A DNA stretch of 64,000 bases, from assembly GCF_052425735.1 (NCBI RefSeq), contig NC_135760.1, positions 248,001 through 312,000 on the forward strand. The letters are read 5' to 3'. This document shows, piece by piece, positions 52,401 through 64,000 of the stretch (the first letter of the stretch is position 1; every line of letters starts with the position of its first letter). A program made the translations under genes and the position numbers. This stretch comes from Oculina patagonica. Taxonomy: Eukaryota. The notes below the pieces were generated by a model. The model ran no database searches. It was given only the letters and a program-made list of their open reading frames with translations, and had not been told where the DNA came from.

Positions 52401-55400
52401 TTTTTCTTGTTTCTTTACATGTACAGTACTTTTACATGTAAGTTGTAATACATTGCAATAAGGGCAAAATCCCGGGGGGGGGGGGGGCACCGTGTATATT
52501 TTTGGGTGGGGGTGTGCCGCTGGATATTTGAAGCCCTTGCCCTATACCAGACCATGTCCAGCTGATTTTTGCAACCCTATACTAGACTAGACACCGTAAA
52601 TCCCTACCCTATAGAGATAAATAACACATGCAATGCACAACCAACATGCTGCTGGTACTAGAAAATCTTTCAAAGCTTTTCCACAGTCTAAAAGTTTATG
52701 TCAAATTTAATTGTTTAAAGATTATATGTTAGATTTTAGCTTGTAATACATATTGAAATCTGCCAAAACACATTTAAACAGTAACAAGCAATGTGCAAAT
52801 TTACAATAATTTAAAAGTTAACTTTTAAATTAAAAAAGTTACACAAATTACATTTATTATAATTATTGAAAGTTGAAAGCTTTCATTCTTTTTTGCAAGT
52901 TTAGACTTACACACAATCTAACAAATTTTACTGAACTTTTAAGTGGGAAGAGAGCCATTTTGTAAACCGGGTGCAAGTTAACTTACTCCATAAGGATCAC
53001 CAGGGACTGCTGCTGCCCTTGGTGCTGCATGAGCTACTGTAGGCGAAGAAGGCCCAAGCCCTGCTGCGGAGCGTGCTGCTGTTACACTTACATGACCAAC
53101 AGGGGGTCCTCTAGGTCTTGGAACTGATGTCATACGTGGAACTGGACCACCTCGACCATGATGTGCAGGATGGTGGGGATGGTGTGGCATCCCCCTGGGA
53201 TGTGGGCGTCCCCTAGGAACAGGTGCAGGGACTGCAACTGGTTGAGCCGCAGGTACTGGCTCCTCTATGCCATTAAGAATTGCCATTTCTCGCATCTGCT
53301 CCTGGTGGATTTCATCGTTGTTTTCCTAAAGAGAACAATGTACATTCAATTAAGTTTGGTTACGAAGCTATATTGCAATCCAAGGAGCAGGAAAGCCAAA
53401 TTACAATTATTAACAAATTTGATTCATCCCAGTTTCTTTTATACTGATTTAGACAACAGAAGACCTACAAATAAAATAAGATTGTTAATGGACAAACTGT
53501 TAGCATAGCATCTTTAAAATCTCTGCTTGGCTCAAAAGTAAAACAAGTACCGTAATGATTCGATTTAGCGCCCGGGGCACTTATTTACTTTTGGCACCTT
53601 AAGGGAGGGCGCTTATTCGGGACAGGGCGCTTATTTAATTTTTTGCAAAACAACCAAATGTTCAAAACAGAACTTTAATATATTTTAAATAACTAGCAAT
53701 AACATAAACTGTAACAGTAACAAATTGTTGAAAGTTCAGTTACTTTTACAAGAATTGTTCTTTTTAAGCAGTAAATTTATACATATACAGTACGGTGAAT
53801 GTTCATGAGTTTATCTTTTCGACGTCGACGACTTCAGTAGGGTCAGTTAGCCAAAATAGGAGCGCTTTTAAGAACAGGGGCGCTTATAAGAATGGGGGTG
53901 CTTATTGGAATAGGGGCGCTTATAAACAAAAACACATTCAAAGGGGGCCGCTTATCAGGAAGGGCGCTTATTGGAAGGAGGGCGCTTAATCGAATTATTA
54001 CGGTAAATGTATCACACTTTGGTGGTATGAATTTCTACTGGCACTTATTTGGAGGGGTGGTGAATGGTCCTTCAATAAATGTGTGTCTCGCAAATTTTTA
54101 GCCAAATTTCAAGGGTCTCGTCGTCTCGAATTTTTCTTTGACGCCTTCTCGGAGTCTCGATTTCTTTTGCAAGGCTAAAAAGCTCTCAAAAGGTCTCGGG
54201 CGCACAGAAAAGAGATCAGTCTCGCCGTCTCGCAAAGTCTCGCATTTACCATTCGACACCCCTATTAGGAGAAGATAAAACAATAGTATTACAAAGCATA
54301 CTTACAGGTACAAGAAATTTCTTAATCTCTTCAATAGCAAGACCTAATCTGGCATGAGCCTGCCCTGGAGGGGCTTCCACTTCAATAAGGACATGCAGTT
54401 CTTCATCAAGGTGTGTGTATTTTGGATCACCAGAGCTTCGCAGCTCTTCCTCCTAGAATTAAAATAGCCATCTTTTAACCAAACTGTAAGAGAAAGCTTA
54501 ATAAATATACAGAAAATGTATTTTGTATAGTTAAATACAATATAAGGTACAGGTACTCTGAACACTATTATCATTTTTCAAATGTCATTGAAAACCAGTT
54601 CAATTTGTGGGAAATCATGGACAAAGACTATCAACTGACCTTTTCTTTCTCTCTCATTGAGCCTTTACCAAGGATAGACATTTTTGTACCAGTATTTGCC
54701 TGAAGTCTCTTGAAGGTGTTGCCTCTTGGACCAAGCAACTTTCCTACGAAGTTAAACTGCACAAAAATAAATTATCAGTGTTACTTTGAATAAAAAGTCA
54801 TGTCAGAAGGCTTGGAAATGGCCTGGCAAAAGGGTCAAAACAGCCTTATAAGTAAATGAAAGGAATACAAGTCAAAAAATGCTATGACATTTTGTACTTA
54901 TGAGGTAAAAGAGGACTTACATTGTAAAACCTACATGTATGTATGCAGATCTTTATACTAACCTTGGGATAATCTTTAACTGGGATGAATACTTTTTCAC
55001 TCAATTTTGTGGGCTGATAAAGCTTGCTATCAAAAACATCAGCAGGTCTACGAAATTGATGCGGAGGTGGCCTAGGATTGGGTGCGACTGGGGTCTCGGG
55101 GCTTGCAACAGGGGGGAGCTGGCCACTAGCAGGTAATGGTTTAGACACCACTGGGCTTTCTGACAAAGGTAGTATGGAACTTCCATTAGTTGTTGTTTCT
55201 ACTTTTGGCTTTTTCACTTGTCCAGCTGGAAGGGCTCCACCATTTTGCATTCTGTTGATTTCTGAAAAATCCATACAAAATGAATGAATAATTACACATG
55301 TATGCATTTTACATCTGTTATGCAACATTATATACAGGTTAGAAATCATGGTCCAAGATAAGAGTCCACTTCCAATTCAGGTTTAGAAATTACCGGGTAT

Positions 55401-57618
55401 CAATAATCATTACTCTTAGACTTAGTTATTTTTGTTTAAACATTATTAAACAGTCCATTTCGTGCGGCACAACAGAAAACTGTCTTGTACATGTGACTTG
55501 CAGCTGGACTGTTTAATTTACGAAATGCTTTTTATTAGAAGACATAAAGCCCAAACTTAACACAATCAGATTCTGTGCGTGCTAACTGTTTTAAATCTAT
55601 TATGCTAATATATTATCACACCCTAGATCACAATAAGCCAACTCCGTTTTTCTGAAATGACATGGCGTCATCGAACTCTCTTTTCCTATCGCTCTTTCTT
55701 CTTAATGTTCACAAAACATTTTGTTATTAGAAATAGAAACCCAAGATAAACAAATTTTAAGGGTCAGCAGAAAGTACCCTACTGCTTTCTTTAAGCCATC
55801 TTTATGATTTACTTTGCAAACATGTTTCTGAAAGTTAGGAGCACAATGATTAGTGTTAGAGAAAGTTACAGGAAACATTGGATAGTGTATAATGTATTCA
55901 CCACAAAAAAGGTCTGTGTCAGGCTAAGTAGCCTATACTGCCAGAGCTTATCCTAGTTTCTGTAGCATTAAGCAACTACATGTAGTAAAAGTACATGTAT
56001 TTCTTAGTCTATCACATGGTTACCTCCTGGCATTAAATTCACCAGTACCCATTTATACACCTGGATGGAGAGAGGCACTGTGATAGATAAGTGTCTTGCC
56101 CAAGAACACAGTGCAATGACCCAGCCAGCGCTTGAACATGCACTGCTCAATGATGGGGGTGAATAGGGGTATGCAAATCCGCCGATCCGTCACAATTTAA
56201 TGACCAAATTCGATTGAAGGATCCGAAAATCTGTTTAAAAATGTGCTCTGAATCCGAAATCCGGGCCAAAATATAGTCAAAATCCGTTGATCCGTTTTCC
56301 TTTTCACCCCCCTCCTCAATCTGAAGTCCAGCACACTAACCATTAGGCCACCATGTTTTCCAACACCTCAAGGCAGTGCATAAAATGTTTGTTGCAGCAT
56401 TGCTTTGATCATCCCCAAAAATGAACTTAATTTTACTTTGTGCAATGCTTGTTGTAATGAAAATGTTGGAAACCTGTTTATTTTAGGGTGTGTTGCACAA
56501 GAAAATTTCTAATGTAACTTGTTACAACAAAATTGCAAGACGTGGAAACTGGCCAACGCAGGGAAAGAGAGGGAAATGAGGACAACCTGACAAAAAGCAT
56601 GTCATGGACAGAACACCAAGGAAGAAAGTCTGGCGGGAAAACAGAGAAAAACACACAAGTTTTGTACTTGAGCAATTTAATTGTTTTTATCTGACTGCAA
56701 ATGAGCAATGGTGATCATTTCCATTTGAAGTTTTCCGCACATACCAACCCAAACCTTGAAACAGAACTAAACGTGTAAGCATACAGACAGACCATGCACA
56801 TTTATCACAAAACCTTCAAGGAATGTTAAAATCCACTTCTTGTTTTGAAATGCCCATTATCTGAATGCCAAAGCACACTTGCCGATTATTTCTGCTTTTA
56901 AAGTTTTATATTTTCTTCAATGTCTGGTTACAATATATTTCAGGCGTATTGCACGAGATCATAACACTTGTATCTTCATTTTGTCAAGAACGAGCCAGAA
57001 AGTTAAAATACAAGACAAAATGCGATTGTATTTGAGCTTGTACTCGCCCACATTTGAAAAGCGAAGCGGAGCAATCGAGTTTAAAGAAATGAAATAGGTA
57101 CGGGTCTGTTTTAGAATAAGAGTTGTTTAACGACGTGGAAGATGGAATTAAGAAATATGCTGAATGGTTTAAGACAAACTGATGTAAAAGAACGAAAACT
57201 GATCAAAACAGGTCTAAAATTCATAAACCGTGAAAACATTCTTCGTTGTCCCTGCGGGCTGCGGCGATTCGAAACGAAGAAATTTTTACTTTCTTGAAGG
57301 CTGCGAGAAACGTCGACTAAACAATATTTCAAAATGTTGGATGATATTTTCCTTAACAAATCGTTGATCTATAAGCATCATTCTGGCGTGAGGTGGAACA
57401 TATTAAAGATTTACAAGCAACTGGTGGTTATTGACCGCGAAGGAATGCAAATATTACTTTCCTTCATGCTTCAACCTTCCGTGACGCCGCAGAGCGGTGA
57501 TTTTAAAGAAGATTCATCACTTACCTTCGGTTAATAAGCGCATTGAATGTACAAAAGAGGGATCTAAGTTGTCCTTTTCAGTGAGAAGCTCGGTTAGGTA
57601 GCCTCCTTCTGCAGTCAT
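49108..57618 (-). CDS. KHDRBS: STAR-family KH RNA-binding protein, Sam68/SLM (KHDRBS1/2/3) ortholog, 422 aa
   Basis: Exons 57618-57525 (QUA1 [23 protein letters not shown]), 55261-54963, 54756-54640 ([37 protein letters not shown]), 54452-54306 ([23 protein letters not shown]), 53325-52987 (QUA2 [18 protein letters not shown]/Pro-rich), 52142-52080, 51687-51632 and 51152-51097 (Tyr-rich, DTVYYEYG), and 49205-49108 (KAPPARTVK...YPY*, a Sam68-type C-terminal NLS). Total 1269 nt in frame. Confidence 0.95.
49376..49668. mobile_element. Hairpin-ended repeat inserted without a TSD (Crypton-like)
   Basis: Absent from copy 1 (~31940); long hairpin ATATCAAACAC...GTGTTTGATAT. Confidence 0.6.
53550..54003. 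mobile_element. TA-flanked MITE (pogo/Tc1-mariner type) in a KHDRBS intron
   Basis: TA|CCGTAATGATTCGATTTAGCGCC...GGCGCTTAATCGAATTATTACGG|TA; GGGCGCTTA subterminal repeats. Confidence 0.8.
55915..56355 (-). mobile_element. tRNA-derived SINE interrupted by a ~170-bp insert
   Basis: Reverse complement of the SINE core (CCAGTACCCATTTATACACCTGG...GTGTCTTGCCCAAGAACAC). The insert at ~56152-56313 has GGGGGTGAA...TTCACCCCC termini. Confidence 0.65.
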
Positions 57619-57925
57619 GGCGGAGAAATACGATAAATTCCAGCTAAAATCAGTGAACTACATCAACTACAAATGCACAAAATGGCGCCAACCAAAGTTT
57701 CTTTCATGCGTCAGTGAGCATTCATCAAACAATGCCGGCTGACTCGAGTTTTTGATTGGTTAATCTTTCGATCAATTCTTGATTTTGATTGGATTAAAAT
57801 TTCATTCTTTTCCTTCAAGGTCACGAGGTCAGTGATCGAGATCAGGAGACCGCGTTCCAAATATTGACTGCGTAACAGGCGCATTCAGGAGCGCATTGGA
57901 CAAACTTTCACATAAACCTTAGCCC

Positions 57926-58025
57926 AAGCCTCCTACGCAGACGTTCTTTGGGCTCGTCACGCGTCTCTCCCCCACGTGGGGGAGAAACGCGTGACGAGCC
58001 CAAAGAACATCTGCGTAGGAGGCTA
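57926..58025. mobile_element. 100-bp palindromic micro-MITE, 9-bp TSD, near the KHDRBS promoter
   Basis: Near-perfect palindrome centred on CCCCCACGTGGGGG, flanked by CCTTAGCCC duplicates. Confidence 0.88.
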
Positions 58026-58219
58026 CCTTAGCCCATGTCCAGGCTCTCGGTAGTTGAAAGGGGAAAGCGAAAAACGCGGGCCCTCGCGGGTGAACGCTTG
58101 CTCACCCGCGTTATTCGCTCTCCCATAACTACCGAGAGCCTGGAACAGGCTAACATAATCTGCGATCAGGCGTTCTTTTTCTTTAACTTTCACATGGCCC
58201 GTAAACAGGCTCCCAAGTG

Positions 58220-59497
58220 CATAGGCGTGCGGGCAATTTTTTGCCAGGGGGGGGGGGGGGGGCGGTGAGATATTTGCCCAAAAAATTCTCGCAAGTTGCC
58301 CAAATTTTTTCGAAACAGTCGAGAGGAAACGAGGGTCATACGATGCACTAACATAGGCTTACAAATGAAGTGAAAAATCCTTACAAAAGAATATATGATA
58401 TGAGCTCATAAAACACGTTTAAAGAAATAGCTGCCGCTAGCATTTCGACGGCCGTAGATATCTACAATGCGATCCATGTTATTGTTGACTACAGAGTTTG
58501 AATATACCAATAAATGCTAATAAATGCGACTACACGTAATAATTTAGGCCAAGTAGAAAAAACAAATGTTTCTCGTCCGGATTTCTATAAGAAAAAGAGA
58601 GCGGGCGGGCACGTTTTTTGTTATTTTTTGATTATTTATTATCTTGTCGTAGCGATACGTGTGTTGTTCGAATATCGATTTTTTTTCTCCCTCGTCAAAT
58701 TTTCCAGGCCAGAAGCGAACTTACAAAATAAATCCTGCAAGGTAATTGACCTATCCAATAGGGACCTAGCGTAACAAGGATCGATTTAAAGTTTTGGCCT
58801 TAGTTTGAATTAAAAGGCAGACAAAAGCCATACCTTACTCCGTACAAAGTACAAGTAAATAGTGTTGGTTTTTGTTCGTTCTAACTTTTCCAAAAACAGA
58901 TAATAAAAAAAAGAGACCGCCCAAAAAATGAAACGGGCGGAACGAGAAACATTTGTTTTTTAACTTGGCCTTACAGACACGTTTTTGCCCCATCAGGTGC
59001 TGTAGCGGTAAGTTTTCAATCTGCGCAATGCACTGAATGATCGTTCAGCAGAACACGATGTATCACATGGATATGAACCACGTAAAGAAACTCTGAAAAC
59101 AACCCTGCTGAAAACTTAGCAAATATATTATTCTCTCATTTTGCATTTCTAAAACAGTCATATAGCCTATTCCGCGCACATTACGAAAACTCACGCACAT
59201 TTTCTACTCGGCTTCCAGAATCTCGCTGTCGATTTTGTAAAATTTAGCAACGTGGAGAAACTATCTTTATCAGTTGTTTAACTGTGACAGAGATTTGCAG
59301 TACAGTGCCCAACAGTAAAAGAATTTAAAATCTGTGAATTGAACTGGCTTTAACACGCCGACTTCAGGTTAAAACTTCAAAAAAAAACTTCTTAAAAACT
59401 GGCTTTGCCCAAATTTCTCTTGCTGCCCAAAAAATCTGTGTTGCCCAAAATTTGGGGGGGGCTGCAGCCCCCCTGCCCCCCGGCCCGTACGCCTATG
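58220..59497. mobile_element. hAT-like non-autonomous element (1278 bp), 8-bp TSD
   Basis: CCCAAGTG|CATAGGCGTGCGGGC...GCCCGTACGCCTATG|CCCAAGTG. Confidence 0.88.
58547..58970. mobile_element. PIF/Harbinger-like MITE nested in the hAT element
   Basis: TTA|GGCCAAGTAGAAAAAACAAATGTTTCTCGT...ACGAGAAACATTTGTTTTTTAACTTGGCC|TTA. Confidence 0.85.
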
Positions 59498-60154
59498 CCC
59501 AAGTGGAGTACTGGGCGTAAAAAATAATCGGGAGCCTGTTCGCAGGTAGACTTGCCCCAAGTCGCTCGTTTTGTGTCAATAGAGTTACTTCAGTAAGATT
59601 GCTTTTGTTCGTGGAGCGGAAATGCACGAAGCACACTGAATGACACACTAAATGAAATACTCGAAAAGTCACCCACCACCATTTTCAATTTTTCAAGTAT
59701 TTTTCTGTTTTTCAAGCTTTTCAATGTTTCAACCTTCGGCTCATTCAGCATAAAAAATTACAAACTCGATTTTGTTAAACCTCTAAAAATTTCACTTAAC
59801 CATTGAAGTTCAAATACGGAAGGGCGATACTCAGAAACCATTTTTTGAAGTAGCTTTCGAACAACTTTTTTTTTAACTTTTTGTTGTTGTTGTTTTGTTT
59901 TTGTTTTTAGCAACGTTTGGGCAACTTTTTGAGAAATTTCAGTCGAGCGGGCGTCAAAGTGCGGGCGTCATGTGTTGTCAACAAAACGTCTGGAACCAGA
60001 CATGAACGCCCAAGGCATTTATACCTGACAAGTTAATTATTCATATGTAAAATGGAACGGAAACAGTAAACTTCCCTAAAAGTTTAAAACAGCCGCTGCG
60101 AAGCATTGCACTTTCTTCGTGAGAAATATTTTGCTTTGGGCTTAAAATTCAGGG

Positions 60155-60212
60155 TAGCCTGCGAACACGGCTCCCAAGTGTTAACCCCACTCGGGAGCCT
60201 GTTCGCAGGCTA
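60155..60212. mobile_element. 58-bp micro-MITE with a perfect 9-bp TSD
   Basis: AATTCAGGG|TAGCCTGCGAACA...TGTTCGCAGGCTA|AATTCAGGG. Confidence 0.88.
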
Positions 60213-62290
60213 AATTCAGGGCCACTCAACGCTACAACACAAGCTCAAGATAGGAAGCCAACTGTCAGGTAATTTGAAGTACCGAAAAGCTATGTTAAAC
60301 TTGTAAGTCCCATTCCGTATATGGTAGATCGTTTAGCAATACACTTTTCAGTAAAGTTTTTAATCCACAACGCTGATTTTCTTTTTATGGTTACTATTTT
60401 GTGAAAATGCGTTGTTAAACAGCACTAAAACATCAAAAAATACACATCACTTACTATTTTTCCTATTGAGCTAATGCTTACCCTGATGTACATAAAAATA
60501 CGACTACAATTTGCCTTTGTCTTTAAGTTTTCTCCACAGACTGGAAAAGGGTTGAAGATTTGTGGAAAATTAAGAAAGCACATTTCTTCTTTCTGAATGC
60601 TTATTCTCGTGCATTCTAAAGGCTCTCTACAAATGTGTTATGATATTTACAACAGCTCGACGGGCTTATTACACATATTGATACCGTCTGTTGTTACAAT
60701 TTGCATAAGGTGCGTTATTACAAATGCAACAAGCTTTACTACAAGATGTCATTCCAACCTACGATAGGTGTCACGAAACGGTCAAAATTGTGATTTTATA
60801 ACAACTCACGATAGTACATGGCGGGAGGGGGTGGGGGGGGGGGGCAGGTTAAAAAAAACCGCAGGTTTACATCCTTTTAAAAAAGAAAGCCTTCTCTCTT
60901 TTGGATCCCGGGCCTAGATTGCCCACTCAGAAATGTCTCTGTTATTAAAAATGGTTGGAAAGGGTTCATGCGTGACACGTGAAAAGGAAAAAAATAGTCC
61001 GTGACGCGTGAAAATAGGGCAAAAAGTATACCGTGACGCGTGAAAATAGCAAGAAAAGACCAGAAGTACAAAAACACGTGATTCGTGAATTCTGCTGATT
61101 CAAGTACACTTGACGTGTGAATTTGGTTAAAATTTGTGCGTGAATCGTGATCACGACAGTTCTCTCGTCTGGTCTACAACGTGAAAAGCGCGAGGAAAAA
61201 CTCACAAGTCGATTATTTAGTCGACAGTCGAAGTCAAAATGACAGAAATATCGCCGTTTGACGTTTTATTAGTTTTTCAATGTGGCAGCTGGTATCTTAC
61301 AATTCCAACAACTGGAGTGGCGAAGTGGCCTATCCATGCGCGCCACAGAACAAAACAAATTTCCTTCAATCTTATCCATATAGCCCGCCTTTCCATTGGT
61401 CGGCACCAAAAGCGCACTCTTTGCGTTCAAGTTTGGACATTCGCGAAATCTAATTGGCTGACAATCGATAAAAGCACTTTGTGCAAGCTAAAAAATCGCA
61501 GTCGACAAGCTTGAGTCCGCCTTCTCAGTGCTGAGCAAAAAAAAGGGGGGGGGGGGTCAGAAGACGACTTTGGACTTCTTCTTCTTTCCTTTTCCCACAG
61601 GCATGCGCAGGAGGTGGATAAGACGGAAAAAAGATACAAGCACTGATTTGGAGAGGCAAAGATTTGTTTGTCCAAGCTATTCTTTTTGCCAATTATCAGT
61701 GAAAAGTGCAAAACGTTTTTGTTGTTTCACGCCACTTTTGTGGGCTTTTTAATTGACTTTTCTGATTATTCATTGTAAGTAAAGCGCCCTGGTTGGTCGA
61801 ATGCGTAGTTTGCGCTGGCGAACTTGTTTAGTTTAGGTTTTGACAAAGTCAGTACAACAACCTCCCTATTCAAACAAAACGAAGCATGCAATCTGTTTTG
61901 ACATCCAAGAACAATAGAGCCAAAGTAAAAAGAGAGAAATCATTACAATAATTCTATTCAATATCTATTTAGCAACTAAACATTGAGGGAGAAAAGGTGT
62001 TGCGGTGAATGATAATACTTGTGCGTCATCCTTTTTTCAGATCGACAAGTTCTGCTCTATTTTTTTTCTCTGCAACTGCAATCTTTCGAGAACAGCCCGA
62101 GAGAGTGAGGTGGTTTGCGGTTCAGTTGTGAATTCAAATCTTCGTTCTGGATTCTAACTACATCACACGTTCTGAAAATATTTACACGGGAATCGTTTTC
62201 AAATAGTTTGGTTTCCACGGGGAAAGTTGACACAAGCAGGACGGCAGACATTCTTTTATTGGAAAGACAGTGGGTACTCTACAAGTGAAA

Positions 62291-63694
62291 ATGTCCAACC
62301 AAAACTGTTCAACACAGTCAAACGATTCTGAGCTCCAAAACGGTTGCACATCTGTTGGCGGCCAAGGCAACGCTCCTATTTCGTCAGTGGAAAAAATTGC
62401 AGCCTTTTCTATAGTGTATGGAGTATTATTTCTTTTCGCCGTCGTAGGTAAGTAGGTTAATGCTTTAACGAGGTTCTACTAATTACTTGAGTGAAAACAA
62501 AGGTTAAAGAACAGAGTTAGAGACTAAGGAATCTGAAGAATGATAGCATCACAACCTGTACTTATATGAAATGGGCTAAAAATATTAATCCCATTACCCA
62601 TTCAGCGTTTTATTCAATGGATGAAAGTAAGGGAACAACAGCCTTAGATCTCAGTGTCACACAAAATGATGAATTGACTGTCAGGTGCATTGAACTGTGT
62701 CCCGGCCCTAAAAAATTAAAACTGAATTTAATATCAATTATTAAAGCTCACTCTGATACAAAACATGGAAAAAAGCAGCTTAAATGCTGACATTTCTAAT
62801 CTGGTAACGTGTGGTAAATACAGCTCTTATATGTCCGATATGTAGAAGAAACACAACAATGAGAAACCAATTTAAAGACTTTGGAAGCACTTCACATCAA
62901 TTTCGTGTTCTATTCTAAATTAATTAGACGAGAGTAGCCGCGGTTTTACATGTCTTGAGTAAATAAACTCACTCTCAGTATTCTAACGATCCCTAAAAAG
63001 CCTCAAAACAGTTCTTCCTGTGAGGAAGGTTTTTTTTATTTTCAAAAAAATTTCGACTGTAAAACCTGTCCCATAATATTTCAGTAATTCATCATGTGAT
63101 TATTTGAAATATGCACAATTGCCAAGAGCAAAACCTGAGATAATCAATTTGGCTTAATTATTTCTACTATCTTCCAATATGTAATATTCTTTCGCTATTT
63201 CGTCACGCACATCATGAGCCATACCAATGCAAAGGTCCAGAGTACTAGTCTAACCCTTTTATCGGCTGAGCATATATATAATAAGCGAGGGATACGTAGG
63301 GGGAGGAAGGAATTAAACCGTTTAAAAAGACTTTGCAAATTATTAGCAATCAAGTTTCTTTCCTTTTCAATACATAAGCTTGTGAAAATATAATACGCCT
63401 TTCCTATCCACATACTAATTGCCTAGGTTTGTTTGTTTATTTTTCAGGCAATGCACTTGTTTGCATCGTTGTCTTCAAGCGAAAAGACATGCGTACAGTG
63501 ACAAACTTGTTCCTTCTTAACATGGCCATCTCGGACATATTGTCAACTGTCTTTGGTGTTCCAGCACTGCTAGCCTTTGAGATCTCTCCTTTCTACTGGC
63601 CTCTTGGAGGTTTCATGTGCCGAGCAACCCGATTGATTTCTGCAATTTCCGTGTCGGTCTCAATTTACACTATGGTGGCCCTAGCACTGGAAAG
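62291..63694 (+). CDS. Class A (rhodopsin-like) neuropeptide-receptor-like GPCR, exons encoding the N-terminus to TM3; continues beyond the window
   Basis: Exon 62291-62447 has N-glycosylation sequons NCS and NDS and TM1 YGVLFLFAVVG. Exon 63448-63694 reads GNALVCIVV...MRTVTNLFLLNMAISD...WPLGGFMC...SIYTMVALALER and is split within the ERY motif. A likely 5'UTR intron lies at 61775-62040. Confidence 0.92.
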
Positions 63695-63734
63695 GTAAAT
63701 AAAAGTGAACTAACAAGAACGAGGTTTTCTAACC

Positions 63735-63930
63735 TATCCCTAAGTCCCTTGGCCTAAGTTGACTTATCTCCGGCCCCCTGGCCTACGTTTTTATTCGTCC
63801 CGAGTCATCGGTGTACTTTGTCACTCACGCCAATCCCCTAGGCCTATTTTGATTCGTCCCGAGTCCCTTGGCTCACTTTTTTGACTCGCCCCAACTCCCT
63901 TGGCTTACTTTGTGACTCTCCACAAGTCGT
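63735..63930. repeat. Degenerate ~30-bp minisatellite in a GPCR intron
   Basis: About 6 units resembling GACTCGTCCCGAGTCCCTTGGCCTACTTTT. Confidence 0.65.
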
Positions 63931-64000
63931 AACTAGCCAGCGTAGCTTGGCGTTCTATTCAGTCGGGGAGAGCGAGAAATCGCGCGCGCGAGCAAAGCGA

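Noticed and set aside
54344-54380. Suspected frameshift in KHDRBS exon 4
   Set aside because: Recounting the C-run gives GCC CCT CCA. The frame is intact, and the listed ORF is in another frame.

Overview
Eukaryotic genomic DNA with GT-AG introns. The repeat families and gene content suggest an anthozoan or stony coral, which is an inference. (1) 328-12860 (+): the 3' 21 coding exons of a spectraplakin (MACF1/dystonin/shot family), with spectrin repeats, two degenerate EF-hands, a GAS2/GAR domain and a Ser-rich SxIP tail. (2) Two 500-N scaffold gaps enclose a contig (16836-32739) that is a second copy of about 34180-49990, so it is either a ~15-16 kb tandem duplication or an uncollapsed alternative haplotype. 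Each copy carries an intact ~352-aa multi-exon orphan gene (- strand) with coiled-coil segments, two paralogous NPF exons and twin RFX X-boxes in the promoter. Each copy also carries the last coding exon and 3' region of (3). (3) 57618-49108 (-): a complete 9-exon Sam68/SLM (KHDRBS) STAR RNA-binding gene, followed by apparent spliced non-coding exons. (4) 62291->63694 (+): the 5' part of a class A neuropeptide-type GPCR. Comparing the two copies exposes filled and empty sites for many non-autonomous DNA transposons: piggyBac-, Kolobok-, Harbinger- and Crypton-like elements, a 6-bp-TSD element and 9-bp-TSD micro-palindromes. Nested hAT/Harbinger MITEs and tRNA-derived SINEs are also present. 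All calls were made by manual reading; no searches were run.
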